64,000 nucleotides of DNA from an uncultured Gammaproteobacteria bacterium (GTDB taxonomy: Bacteria > Pseudomonadota > Gammaproteobacteria > Steroidobacterales > Steroidobacteraceae): positions 304,704 to 368,703 of the forward strand of contig CAWCBV010000004.1 in the NCBI GenBank assembly GCA_963793895.1, in the 5' to 3' direction. The notes under the pieces are model-generated. The model did no database searches and was not told where the DNA came from. It was given only the letters and a program-made list of their open reading frames with translations. Of the stretch, positions 37,705 to 45,881 are shown in pieces (within the stretch, counting starts at the first letter, position 1; every line of letters begins with the position of its first letter). A program made the position numbers and the translations under genes.

Positions 37705-37897
37705 CGTCTGTCTCCGTTCGCTCGTCAGAGGGCGACCCGTCTAAGGCTACAACGAAACAGCAACCCGGGATTCGACCGCATTCGGCGGCAGTGCCAAGGC
37801 CGCGCCTGTCCTACAGTGAATTGCGCGCTTTGCCGACTTCCTGAGCGACGACGGAGTGCTCCCATTATGACTTATAGGGTCATCGACGGAGCGACTC

Positions 37898-38107
37898 ATG
37901 AAAACGATGACGTGCAGACAGCTCGGCGGGAAATGCGACCAACCCTTGTCGGCTGGCTCTTGGGAAGAAATGGTGAAGGCCATGACGAAGCACGTCATGG
38001 ACAAGCATCCTGATGTTGCGAAACAAATGGAATCAATGCATAACGAAGATCCAAAGAAATGGGGCAGGGCAATGAAGCCAAAATGGGATGCGGCGCCGGA
38101 AACCTAG
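37898..38107 (+). CDS. DUF1059 small protein
   Basis: 69 aa. MKTMTCRQLGGKCDQPLSAGSWEEMVKAMTKHVMDKHP is the typical DUF1059 pattern. Confidence 0.7.
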   Translation: MKTMTCRQLGGKCDQPLSAGSWEEMVKAMTKHVMDKHPDVAKQMESMHNEDPKKWGRAMKPKWDAAPET

Positions 38108-38141
38108 CGCACTTCCGTGGCTGAACGGAGCCCTGGGCGAC

Positions 38142-38281
38142 AAAGGTAGCTTCGAGCCGATCGATCCACATATGCACATATGCAAGAGTTCGAGCATATT
38201 AAGATCCTATTCGTTGTCGGGTTTGGGCCGATTGTCCGCGACGGACTCGGGTTGAGGGTTCGAGTCCCTCCCTTCCCACCA
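38142..38281 (+). pseudogene. Degenerate, interrupted tRNA-Met-like relic (att copy 1)
   Basis: 38248-38281 matches the tRNA 3' 34 nt with 3 mismatches. 38142-38151 (aaaggtagct) matches the tRNA 5' acceptor/D-arm start. About 95 nt of AT-richer DNA, including a catatgca direct repeat, separates the two pieces. Confidence 0.5.
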
Positions 38282-38463
38282 ATCAGATCAGAGTGATAGC
38301 GGTCGCCGCCGAGATTGGCTGGCCCGCTGTAAGCGTACCGTAAGCGCAGAAGTAGACCTTCTGCCGATCTTGATCACCGAATCCACGTATTCGCGGCTGC
38401 GTTTATAGTGCGCACGACACTCGCGATTCGGGTCGTCAGATACTGCCACCTTATGTGAACGCG

Positions 38464-40509
38464 CTACTGCGGCAGGTTCATCTTCTTGAGTAGTGCCTTG
38501 AAGCGCGGATCGGCGTGCAGGCGATCGAGCAGCAGGTCGACTTTGACCTCTGACAGGCCGCCATCGCGCTGTTGGTAGGCGCGCTCGAGCCACTCGAACG
38601 CCTTGTCCTTCTCGCCGCGCCATGCAAGTGCCTCGGCGACCTGATAGGCGCCATCCGCAGCATGCTTGGCGATCAACTCGTCGAGGGCCTGCTGGGACTC
38701 CTTCGCGTGACCGAGGCTGTGCTCGGCCATGGCGACGTCGGTCAGCCTGAAAAACTCGATACCGATCTTGCGCGCCGTCGCGAGTGCCTCGGCCGCGTTG
38801 CCCTCGAGCAGCCACAGTATGGCCATGTGATGCCCGCCGAAGCTCGACTCCGGATTGATCTCGAGGCAGCGACGCAATGCCTCGTGTGCGGCGGGGTAGT
38901 CTCGGTGGAATGTCAGGTATTGACCAAGGTTCGACCAAGCGATAGCGGACAATGGATCAATCTCCGTCGCCCTTCTTCCTACCGCAATGGCCTCTGGCAA
39001 CCGGCCGAGCCTTTCCAGCAGCGTAGCGTAGCTCCCCTGAACTTTGTCGGACGCGGGATCAAGCGCCAACGCCTTCTCCAAGTCCGCTTCAGCACCGGTC
39101 CAGTCCCAGCTGACGTTCATGCGCAGAACTCCGCGCGACGCATAGCCGTCGGCCTTCTGCGGCGCGAGGATAACGGCCCTCTCGGCGTAAGCCATCGCTT
39201 GCCTTCGGCCTGCTGCATCGCCGGTCGAATCCGCGAGGGTGTACTCCGAGAGAGCAAGACTGGCATAGGCCGCGGCGTAGTCGGAATCGAGTGCGATGGC
39301 TTTTTGGAACGCGTCGATCGCCCGTCGCCAGCCGTCGATGTTGCCTCGACTGTGAAACCGTTTGCCGAGCAGATACTGATTGTAGGCCTCGGTGTTTGAG
39401 CTGCGGTACGCGGCGACGGCCTGCGCCGGTACGAGCTTGGCTTTCAGCACCTCGACCACGGCGGCGGCGATCTCGTCCTGGACCTTGAAGATGTCCTTGA
39501 TGTCCCGGTCGTAGGTTCTTGACCAAAGGTGATAGCCGTTGTCGGCACGGATAAGCTGCACGGTCACCCGGAGCGTGTTGCCAGCCTTCCGCACGCTCCC
39601 TTCGAGAACGTGGGCGACGCGCAGTTTCTGAGCAATGCTCGGGACATCGTCCGCCTTGCCCTTGAAGGCGAACGACGAGGTGCGGGCCGGCACCCGCAGG
39701 TCCTGGACCTGCGCCAGGAGGTCAATGAGTTCCTCGCTCAATCCGTCCGAGAAGTACTCCTGGTCCTTCTTCTCGCTCATGTCGACAAACGGCAGTACCG
39801 CGACGGACTTCTCCGGGATCGCGACCGGTGGGGGCGTGCCGACCTGAGCAGTCGATGACGAGGTCTGCGCATCTGCTGCAGGCCGCTTCGACAGCCACAA
39901 CTTGTCCACCGCAAAGTAGCCGACGCCGATAACCGCGACTGCCGCGATCAGCAGCAGGACACCCGGCGTTGGTCGCGGCGCGGCAAGACTCGGCGCAGGC
40001 AGTCGGGGCGCAGCCCCAGTGGGCGGCACTGCGGGGCCGGCTGGCGATCTGACCTCTCCGGGTGCATGAGCCGCTTCGGGCGACAGCAGCCGCAAGACGC
40101 GCTCAACGAAGGCCGGTCGCGCGTCCCCGTTGTGCAAGCGAGTCCATTGCGCCACGGAGAACGCATCCGGCACATCCGCGTCCGTCTCGGGCGTGTCGTC
40201 GACGCAGACCGGCACGATGAACGGTCGGGTGCGCCCCATCAGGTGCGTGCGCTGATCCGCGAGCCTCCACTCAAGCCTGAAGTATCCTTCCGTCCTCTCC
40301 TGGGTATGGGACGAGATGATCGGGAGGAAGAGCGCGCAGTCCCGTATCTGGTGGCGAATCTTTTGGTCCCAAGCATCGCCGCCCCGAAGGGCGCTCTGGT
40401 CGAACCAGACTTCGATGCCGGCGGCTCGCAGTGTGTCGGCGATACGTCGCGCCGCCTCGGCATCCTGCGAGGCATAGCTCAGGAATACGGCTCTAGCCGG
40501 CTCGGTCAT
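38464..40509 (-). CDS. Transmembrane TIR-domain protein with a periplasmic TolB-N-like (COG5616-type) domain and TPR repeats
   Basis: The TIR_2-like N-terminus is AVFLSYASQDAEAARRIADTLRAAGIEVWFDQ...YFRLEWRLA. One TM follows (GVLLLIAAVAVIGVGYFAV). Then comes VLPFVDMSEKKDQEYFSDGLSEELI...LEGSVRKAGNTLRVTVQLI, followed by TPRs. The ATG at 40509 is preferred; the ORF track extends to 40668. Confidence 0.8.
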   Translation of the reverse strand: MTEPARAVFLSYASQDAEAARRIADTLRAAGIEVWFDQSALRGGDAWDQKIRHQIRDCALFLPIISSHTQERTEGYFRLEWRLADQRTHLMGRTRPFIVPVCVDDTPETDADVPDAFSVAQWTRLHNGDARPAFVERVLRLLSPEAAHAPGEVRSPAGPAVPPTGAAPRLPAPSLAAPRPTPGVLLLIAAVAVIGVGYFAVDKLWLSKRPAADAQTSSSTAQVGTPPPVAIPEKSVAVLPFVDMSEKKDQEYFSDGLSEELIDLLAQVQDLRVPARTSSFAFKGKADDVPSIAQKLRVAHVLEGSVRKAGNTLRVTVQLIRADNGYHLWSRTYDRDIKDIFKVQDEIAAAVVEVLKAKLVPAQAVAAYRSSNTEAYNQYLLGKRFHSRGNIDGWRRAIDAFQKAIALDSDYAAAYASLALSEYTLADSTGDAAGRRQAMAYAERAVILAPQKADGYASRGVLRMNVSWDWTGAEADLEKALALDPASDKVQGSYATLLERLGRLPEAIAVGRRATEIDPLSAIAWSNLGQYLTFHRDYPAAHEALRRCLEINPESSFGGHHMAILWLLEGNAAEALATARKIGIEFFRLTDVAMAEHSLGHAKESQQALDELIAKHAADGAYQVAEALAWRGEKDKAFEWLERAYQQRDGGLSEVKVDLLLDRLHADPRFKALLKKMNLPQ

Positions 40510-41197
40510 CGAGGCGTCGCTCCCTCGGCCGTGGCTCGGGGTCCTTCTAGGGGTGCCGCCGACCTCGCCCGCGAACGTCAGCTTATCCGAATTCGAGTGT
40601 CCGCTCTCGGGCCGGGCGAACGGGTGCTTGGGGTCGACAACGGCCCTAAGCGACAAATCGGCGGTCATCCCGACCGCACCCGGCCATCACCGGGAAGCTC
40701 AGCTGGGGCAAATGTGTGCCGATTGCCGACGTTCCGCGTTGCTATCTACCTGCGAAGCGTCGATCGGTGCGGCTTACGCATCTTACGGCCGGCGCGCTGC
40801 GGGTCCGGCGCTTAGCACAAATGAAAGACACACAACGTAGCCCCTGGCCGAAAGATCCTCTCGGATGCGATCGTGCCTTTGGCGAGCTGCTTGGCTTTCT
40901 TTTTGTGACGGCGATGTTTTAACGCGCGCATAACCCGCAGACTAGCCGGAGTATCCTTAACTGTTCGCGCTGGGTGGCGCTAAAAACACCAACATATCAC
41001 CGTCCCTGGAAGGACTGCCTCGAAGCCGTCACTCGCGGACTGCGAGAGTATTCAGATAGACTCGCCCTATGCGGTTGCGAACTAATCTTGACCCGAGAAT
41101 TGGCTCAATAACACTCACCAACCCGCCGCGATATTGAGCTTGAATTGTGCTCTCGATCGACAAGCGACCGAGGGCAAGAGAGCAGGAGGATAGTGCT

Positions 41198-41389
41198 ATG
41201 GCACGCGCGCCCATGAAACTGAATCTGAAGAAGGAAAAAATGCACAGGGACGTGGGTAAGGCTCCTGGGGCCAAGATCACGGAAGCTGACATCGCGAAGG
41301 AGAAATCGAGGGGCGGTGTCTTCGCCAAGCGCGCGCAATTTGCTGAGAACGCCAAGAAGTGGAATCACCCCGGCAAGGGGAAACGATAG
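41198..41389 (+). CDS. Small basic hypothetical protein (63 aa)
   Basis: An AGGAGG RBS sits 7 nt before the ATG at 41198. The Lys-rich product is MARAPMKLNLKKEKMHRDVGKAPGAK...KKWNHPGKGKR. It has a possible DUF3008-like flavour, but the family is not established. Confidence 0.45.
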   Translation: MARAPMKLNLKKEKMHRDVGKAPGAKITEADIAKEKSRGGVFAKRAQFAENAKKWNHPGKGKR

Positions 41390-41946
41390 CGCAAGACTTG
41401 CCGCGGCCACGATCCACGCCTTCCAGCCAGTCGTAACTGCGGTTCAGCGTAAAACGGTGGCGTCGAGATCTGCTGACCGTAGGTATGCCCTCAATCGGGT
41501 GAAAATCACGCTTTGAACTTCCCATCAAACAGTAGGAGTTCAAAATGTTGGCACCACCGTTGTATCTGGCCGCCGCGATCCCTGGAACTAGGGCAAGCTA
41601 GTCGGGCAAAAAGCACAGCTCAAGCTCAGGGACATTTGGGCGATTCGAGTTCGCCTTGAGCCGCGGGCTTGCCATGCGCTCCATAGGCGCGCAGCACCGA
41701 CGGTTCCAAGGTTGACCGCATCTGGATGCGGTTCGAAATCCATTGGGCCGGTTGACGGGTGACGAAGCTGACGCCAGCCGATCTGGTGCAGCACGCCAGG
41801 CTTCCGATCGCTGCACCTTGTAGGTCAGATTGACGCAAGAGCACGCCCGGCCTAACGTCTTTGTGCAGGCGATAGTTGAAACTGGATAATCTCGTTCTTA
41901 GATTTACTCAGATTCGTCAGTCTGAACGGCGTGGATAGGGCGAAGC

Positions 41947-42705
41947 ATGCCTGTCCTTGTCAAATTCTTTGAGTGGTTTGGCGAATTTGGGAGCTTCTGC
42001 GGCCGGGTGGCCCGCACGGGCTTTGTTCCTCCTTACGAGCGGCAGGAATTCGTCTGCCAGCTCGATGAAGTGGGAGCAAGATCGCTGCTGCTCGTGGCCC
42101 TTGCAGGAGCGGCCACTGGAGTGGTTCTTTCGCTCGAGACACGCGACAGCCTCTTGCGGTTTGGGGCCAAGCCATTGCTCCCCGCTGTCATTGTCATTTC
42201 CATCATCAAGGAAAGCGGCCCGATCATCACCGGCTTGATGGCCAGCGGCCGCGTCGGCGCGGGCATCGGTGCCGAATTAGCCGCGATGAAGGTCACGGAA
42301 CAAATCGACGCCATCGAAGCGTCAGCCGTAGATCCATACAAGTACCTGGTCGCCACGCGCGTCCTGGCCTGCGTGTTGATGCTGCCTTTGCTTACATTGG
42401 CGGCGGATTTCTGCGGCGTCCTGATGGGGTGGCTCGCGAACACCCTGGTCGAACCCATCTCCCTGCGCCGTTTCGTACAGGCGGGCTTCAGCAGCATGAC
42501 CTTCAACGACTTCCTGGCTCCGACGTTTAAGACCGCGGTGTTTGGTTTGATTATCGGCCTGGTGTCGTCCTTCGAAGGCATGCGCGCGCAAGGAGGTACA
42601 GAAGGCGTGGAACGCGCGGCGGCCAACTCTGTTGTCTTGTCTTCTATCTTCATCATTCTGGCTGATGTCTTGCTGGTTCGGTTGATTCTGGTGTTCTTCC
42701 CTTGA
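41947..42705 (+). CDS. MlaE-family ABC transporter permease
   Basis: 252 aa. Contains GPIITGLMASGRVGAGIGAELAAMKVTEQIDAIEA, the MlaE/YrbE signature. G+C is visibly lower than in the core. Confidence 0.88.
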   Translation: MPVLVKFFEWFGEFGSFCGRVARTGFVPPYERQEFVCQLDEVGARSLLLVALAGAATGVVLSLETRDSLLRFGAKPLLPAVIVISIIKESGPIITGLMASGRVGAGIGAELAAMKVTEQIDAIEASAVDPYKYLVATRVLACVLMLPLLTLAADFCGVLMGWLANTLVEPISLRRFVQAGFSSMTFNDFLAPTFKTAVFGLIIGLVSSFEGMRAQGGTEGVERAAANSVVLSSIFIILADVLLVRLILVFFP

Positions 42706-42712
42706 GGCAAGG

Positions 42713-43462
42713 ATGAAAACCAACACTGCTGCGCCAGCAATCCAGGTGAAGTCATTGCGCAAGTCATTTGGCGCTCAGGTTGTGTTGAACGCAATCGATC
42801 TGAAGGTAGCGCAGGGAGAGACTTTGGCGGTGCTGGGGCGGAGCGGCACCGGCAAGAGTGTCTTGTTGAAATTGATTGTTGGTCTGCAACAGCCCGACGC
42901 CGGTTCCATTTGCATCCACGGACAGGAGGTCGCCGGTATCGCACTGCAGCGCCTGAATGAAATCCGGCTCAAGATTGGCTTCTTGTTCCAGTCGGCAGCT
43001 CTGTATGACTCCATGACGGTCGCAGAAAACGTGGCCTTTCCGCTGAAAAGGCATAAAAAAATGTCCGACGCCAGCCGCAAGCAGCAAGTAAAAAGGCTGC
43101 TGGCGAGCGTCGGCATGGAGAAGGATTTGGACAAAATGCCGGCGCAGATTTCCGGGGGAATGAAGAAGCGTGTCGGCTTGGCCCGTGCTCTAGCGCTGTC
43201 GCCCGATATCCTGCTTTTTGATGAGCCCACCACCGGGCTGGATCCAATTACTGCCGGAGAAATCAGCGAACTGATACTGGGGTTGCAGAAGGAACACAAA
43301 ATGGCCTCGATTATCGTCACGCACGACGTTCAGGTCGCCCGTGCGGTCTCCGACCGCCTGGCGTTGATGCGCGATGGAAAAATCCTGATCGAGGGAACAT
43401 TTGACCATCTGCATAAGAGTCATGACAGGTTCGTTAGCCGCTTTCTTCAGCCGGCCTCGTAG
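42713..43462 (+). CDS. MlaF-like ABC transporter ATP-binding protein
   Basis: 249 aa with Walker A GRSGTGKS, signature ISGGMKKR and Walker B LLFDEPTTGLD. Confidence 0.9.
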   Translation: MKTNTAAPAIQVKSLRKSFGAQVVLNAIDLKVAQGETLAVLGRSGTGKSVLLKLIVGLQQPDAGSICIHGQEVAGIALQRLNEIRLKIGFLFQSAALYDSMTVAENVAFPLKRHKKMSDASRKQQVKRLLASVGMEKDLDKMPAQISGGMKKRVGLARALALSPDILLFDEPTTGLDPITAGEISELILGLQKEHKMASIIVTHDVQVARAVSDRLALMRDGKILIEGTFDHLHKSHDRFVSRFLQPAS

Positions 43463-44371
43463 GTGAAGATCATGTCGAGAACATTTCGGCTAGGGGCATT
43501 CATTGTTGGAACTCTCTTGATTCTCGCAACCGGTGTCTTTTTGATCGGCGATAAGGAGTTCCTTTTCAGCTCAACGTTTCCGCTGAAAGCTGATTTCCAG
43601 AATGTCGCCGGGCTGAGTTTAGGTGCCGACGTGCGAGTGGGTGGCTTACGCGAAGGAACTATTCAACGTATCGAACTGCCAAGCCGGCCTGATGGAAAAG
43701 TCACGGTCGTGATGAAGATGCACGACTCTACCAGGAATATTATTCGGAAGGATTCCGTCGCATCGATCAAGACGGAAGGACTGCTGGGCGACAAGTACGT
43801 GGAGGTCTCTTTCGGATCGAAAGAGGCGCCGCAAGTCCAGGATGGAGACGCCATTCGGAGCGTCGCCCCGGAGGATGTCGCCGAGGCGGCCAGTGCCGTT
43901 GCCGCGCAATCCAAAGCTGTGCTTACCGCTGTCCAGGAGGATGTGGAGGCACTTAAGGAAAATTTCCTTTTGCGTGGGTTTTTTAATAAACGCGGCTATG
44001 AGGACTCCGCCGATTTGAACAAGCACGCCATCTCGCGGTTGCCGACCAAACCGCATATCAAGGAGTTTGAGTACAGCGCGTCGGAACTCTTTGAGCAACC
44101 GGACAGCGCGAAACTGAAGAATGAGAAAGCCCTCAAGGAGGCAGGAACATTCCTGGAACAAAATAAGTTCGGATTAGTGGTGGTGGCGGCCTCCGAAGTG
44201 CTGGGCGATTCGGACAAGGAGCGGGTGCTGACGCAGGCCAAGGCCATGGTTGTTCGCGATTACCTCGCAGAGAATTTCAGGTTGGACGACACGCGAATCA
44301 AAACTATCGGGCTTGGGAAAACTAAGGCGATGGGTGACACCAGTAAGGTCAGAATCTTGATATATCCCTGA
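43463..44371 (+). CDS. MCE/MlaD-family substrate-binding protein with an extended C-terminal domain
   Basis: 302 aa with an N-terminal TM and an MCE domain (ADFQNVAGLSLGADVRVGGLREGTIQRIEL). The extra C-terminal stretch of about 150 aa has a weak OmpA_C-like pattern (LTQAKAMVVRDYLAENFRLDDTRIKTIGLGKT). Confidence 0.8.
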   Translation: MKIMSRTFRLGAFIVGTLLILATGVFLIGDKEFLFSSTFPLKADFQNVAGLSLGADVRVGGLREGTIQRIELPSRPDGKVTVVMKMHDSTRNIIRKDSVASIKTEGLLGDKYVEVSFGSKEAPQVQDGDAIRSVAPEDVAEAASAVAAQSKAVLTAVQEDVEALKENFLLRGFFNKRGYEDSADLNKHAISRLPTKPHIKEFEYSASELFEQPDSAKLKNEKALKEAGTFLEQNKFGLVVVAASEVLGDSDKERVLTQAKAMVVRDYLAENFRLDDTRIKTIGLGKTKAMGDTSKVRILIYP

Positions 44372-44409
44372 TCACTGGTGTCCGACACGTTTCATAGCAA
44401 TATCAGTTG

Positions 44410-44688
44410 GTTCGGAAGCCCAAATTCGGCGCCAAACCGTCCGAGCTCTCGCCGAACGTCCTCCAGCGCCAGTTCGCTGTGAGCAAGCCGAATAAGGCTT
44501 GGGTTACCGACATTACTACATCCGCACCTGGGAAGGCTGGCTCTACCTGGCAGTCATCATGGATCTCTTTTCGAGAAAGATCGTTAGCTGGGCAGTGGCG
44601 CCGAACATCCGAAAAGAACTCGTGCTCGACGCCGTGCTGATGGCGGTTCGCCCTCGTCGGCCAAGGAAAACCATCATTCATTCGGGGA
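44410..44688 (+). pseudogene. IS3-family transposase (OrfB, integrase-core start) fragment, frameshifted
   Basis: Two frames together read ...NVLQRQFAVSKPNKAWVTDIT / YIRTWEGWLYLAVIMDLFSRKIVSWAV..., the conserved IS3 rve-domain entry. There is no start and no DDE completion. Confidence 0.75.
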
Positions 44689-44810
44689 TCAAACAACATC
44701 TGCGGATCAAACGCCTCTTCGGCACTTCCGAGAACGCCGCGAAAAGCCAAATTTGGATCGCCGTCACCACTTACGTGCTGGTGGCGATCGTCCCCAAGCG
44801 GCTGAACGCA
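44689..44810 (+). pseudogene. IS4/IS5-type (DDE_Tnp_1) transposase C-terminal fragment
   Basis: KQHLRIKRLFGTSENAAKSQIWIAVTTYVLVAIVPKRLN resembles the conserved C-terminus of IS4-family transposases. It is fused in frame to the IS3 fragment. Confidence 0.6.
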
Positions 44811-45054
44811 AGTCCAGGGAGACTCTGGGCGATCCGTAGATTCCGTTACTCGCGTTGAACGAGGCGCGGATCAGCTTCAGACGCCGTGCGTTCTCGATTC
44901 ACCGACGGCTCTGTGGTTCTTTCAGCCATGCGTAATAGACGCTGTGGGTTACCTCCAGGACCCTGCACATCTGCCGCGCGTTGTACTGGTGGCGATGGGT
45001 CCTGATGAACTCATAGACGCGTTTCGTTCTTCCCGAACTGAACTTCGTGGACAT
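44811..45054 (-). pseudogene. IS3-family transposase N-terminal (HTH_21) fragment, inverted relative to 44410-44688
   Basis: The minus strand reads MSTKFSSGRTKRVYEFIRTHRHQYNARQMCRVLEVTHSVYYAWLKEPQSRR. After a frameshift it reads RRLKLIRASFNASNGIYGSPRVSLDLR, typical of an IS3 OrfB N-terminus. Confidence 0.7.
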
Positions 45055-45437
45055 CGCAGCTCCTTGGCGCTCTCTTGAGCGTCAAATCTACGTGTCCACA
45101 AAACCCTGGGAAGTCCACGCGCAGGCACCCGCCTCGAGCAGTGTCCGGCGCGACATTGCAGTCTTTCTCATGACTCATTTCTCCTTTTTTTATAGCCCGG
45201 GCTTCGGGTTGGTGGTGTCAATCTGTCCTCGGAGCGAGGGGACACGAGGACGAATTCGTTTCAATTGACGGGTGCTAATCGACAACTCGCGGCGAGTCTA
45301 AGAGGCCGACCGCAAGCGCCGCACATCTTTACGGTGTAGCGGTCGGATTCGACCATGAAGTGGATGTTGTTGAGGTGAACAGTGCTGCTGTGGGCGAGGT
45401 GAACGCGGAATTTTGTTCAATGTGAGGAACGGGCGCG

Positions 45438-45783
45438 ACGGCAGTTTTAGCTACACCAAGGAGACCCACCAACTCACACTAGGACCGATCGACCTGTCGG
45501 TGCAGGACAGAGAAACGATCAACGTCCCGGTTTGGGCCGGCGTAGGCGCGATAGTGGTTGGCGGCGTGCTCCTGCTCTTGGGAAAGGGAAAGCGCTGGTT
45601 TCTGATGGTCCCAGACTACTGTTGCAATGGAAAGACCAGTTGCTGCAATTTCAAGCGGCAGACGACGAGGGTATGCGCAGAAGTGAAGGGGCCGCTGGGG
45701 TTACAACCGACGTTTTGCGGCGGGTGATTAGTGCTATTTCTCGGATCGATCCTGACTTGAAGCACACGTCGCAGTCGTGCTGA
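45438..45783 (+). pseudogene. Truncated and fused duplicate of the 48124-48680 gene pair
   Basis: It is collinear with 48185-48680 but lacks the first 20 codons of the DUF3185-like gene. It also carries a deletion of about 170 nt that joins the two genes. Confidence 0.75.
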
Positions 45784-45881
45784 CCGTCATTTTTACGCGC
45801 TGATAGTGGCAATTCGCTCGGCTCGGGTTGCGCGTCCATCGCCATGATCTGCCGCTCGTTAGCCTGATAGTTCGCGATCTG

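Noticed and set aside
38282-38463. Similarity of 38282-38460 to 46066-46200 as a possible integrase gene remnant
   Set aside because: The two P'-side segments are clearly related at the nucleotide level, roughly two-thirds identity by eye. No frame shows tyrosine-recombinase motifs (R..HxxR..Y) or a plausible start. I treat them as a non-coding arm. ORF 38288-38938 (minus) overlaps the TIR gene and is Arg-rich shadow sequence.
41390-41946. Possible gene relic in the gene-poor gap before mlaE
   Set aside because: Several 60-90-aa ORFs occur on both strands, but none shows a recognisable family pattern, RBS or coherent composition. I cannot support a call.
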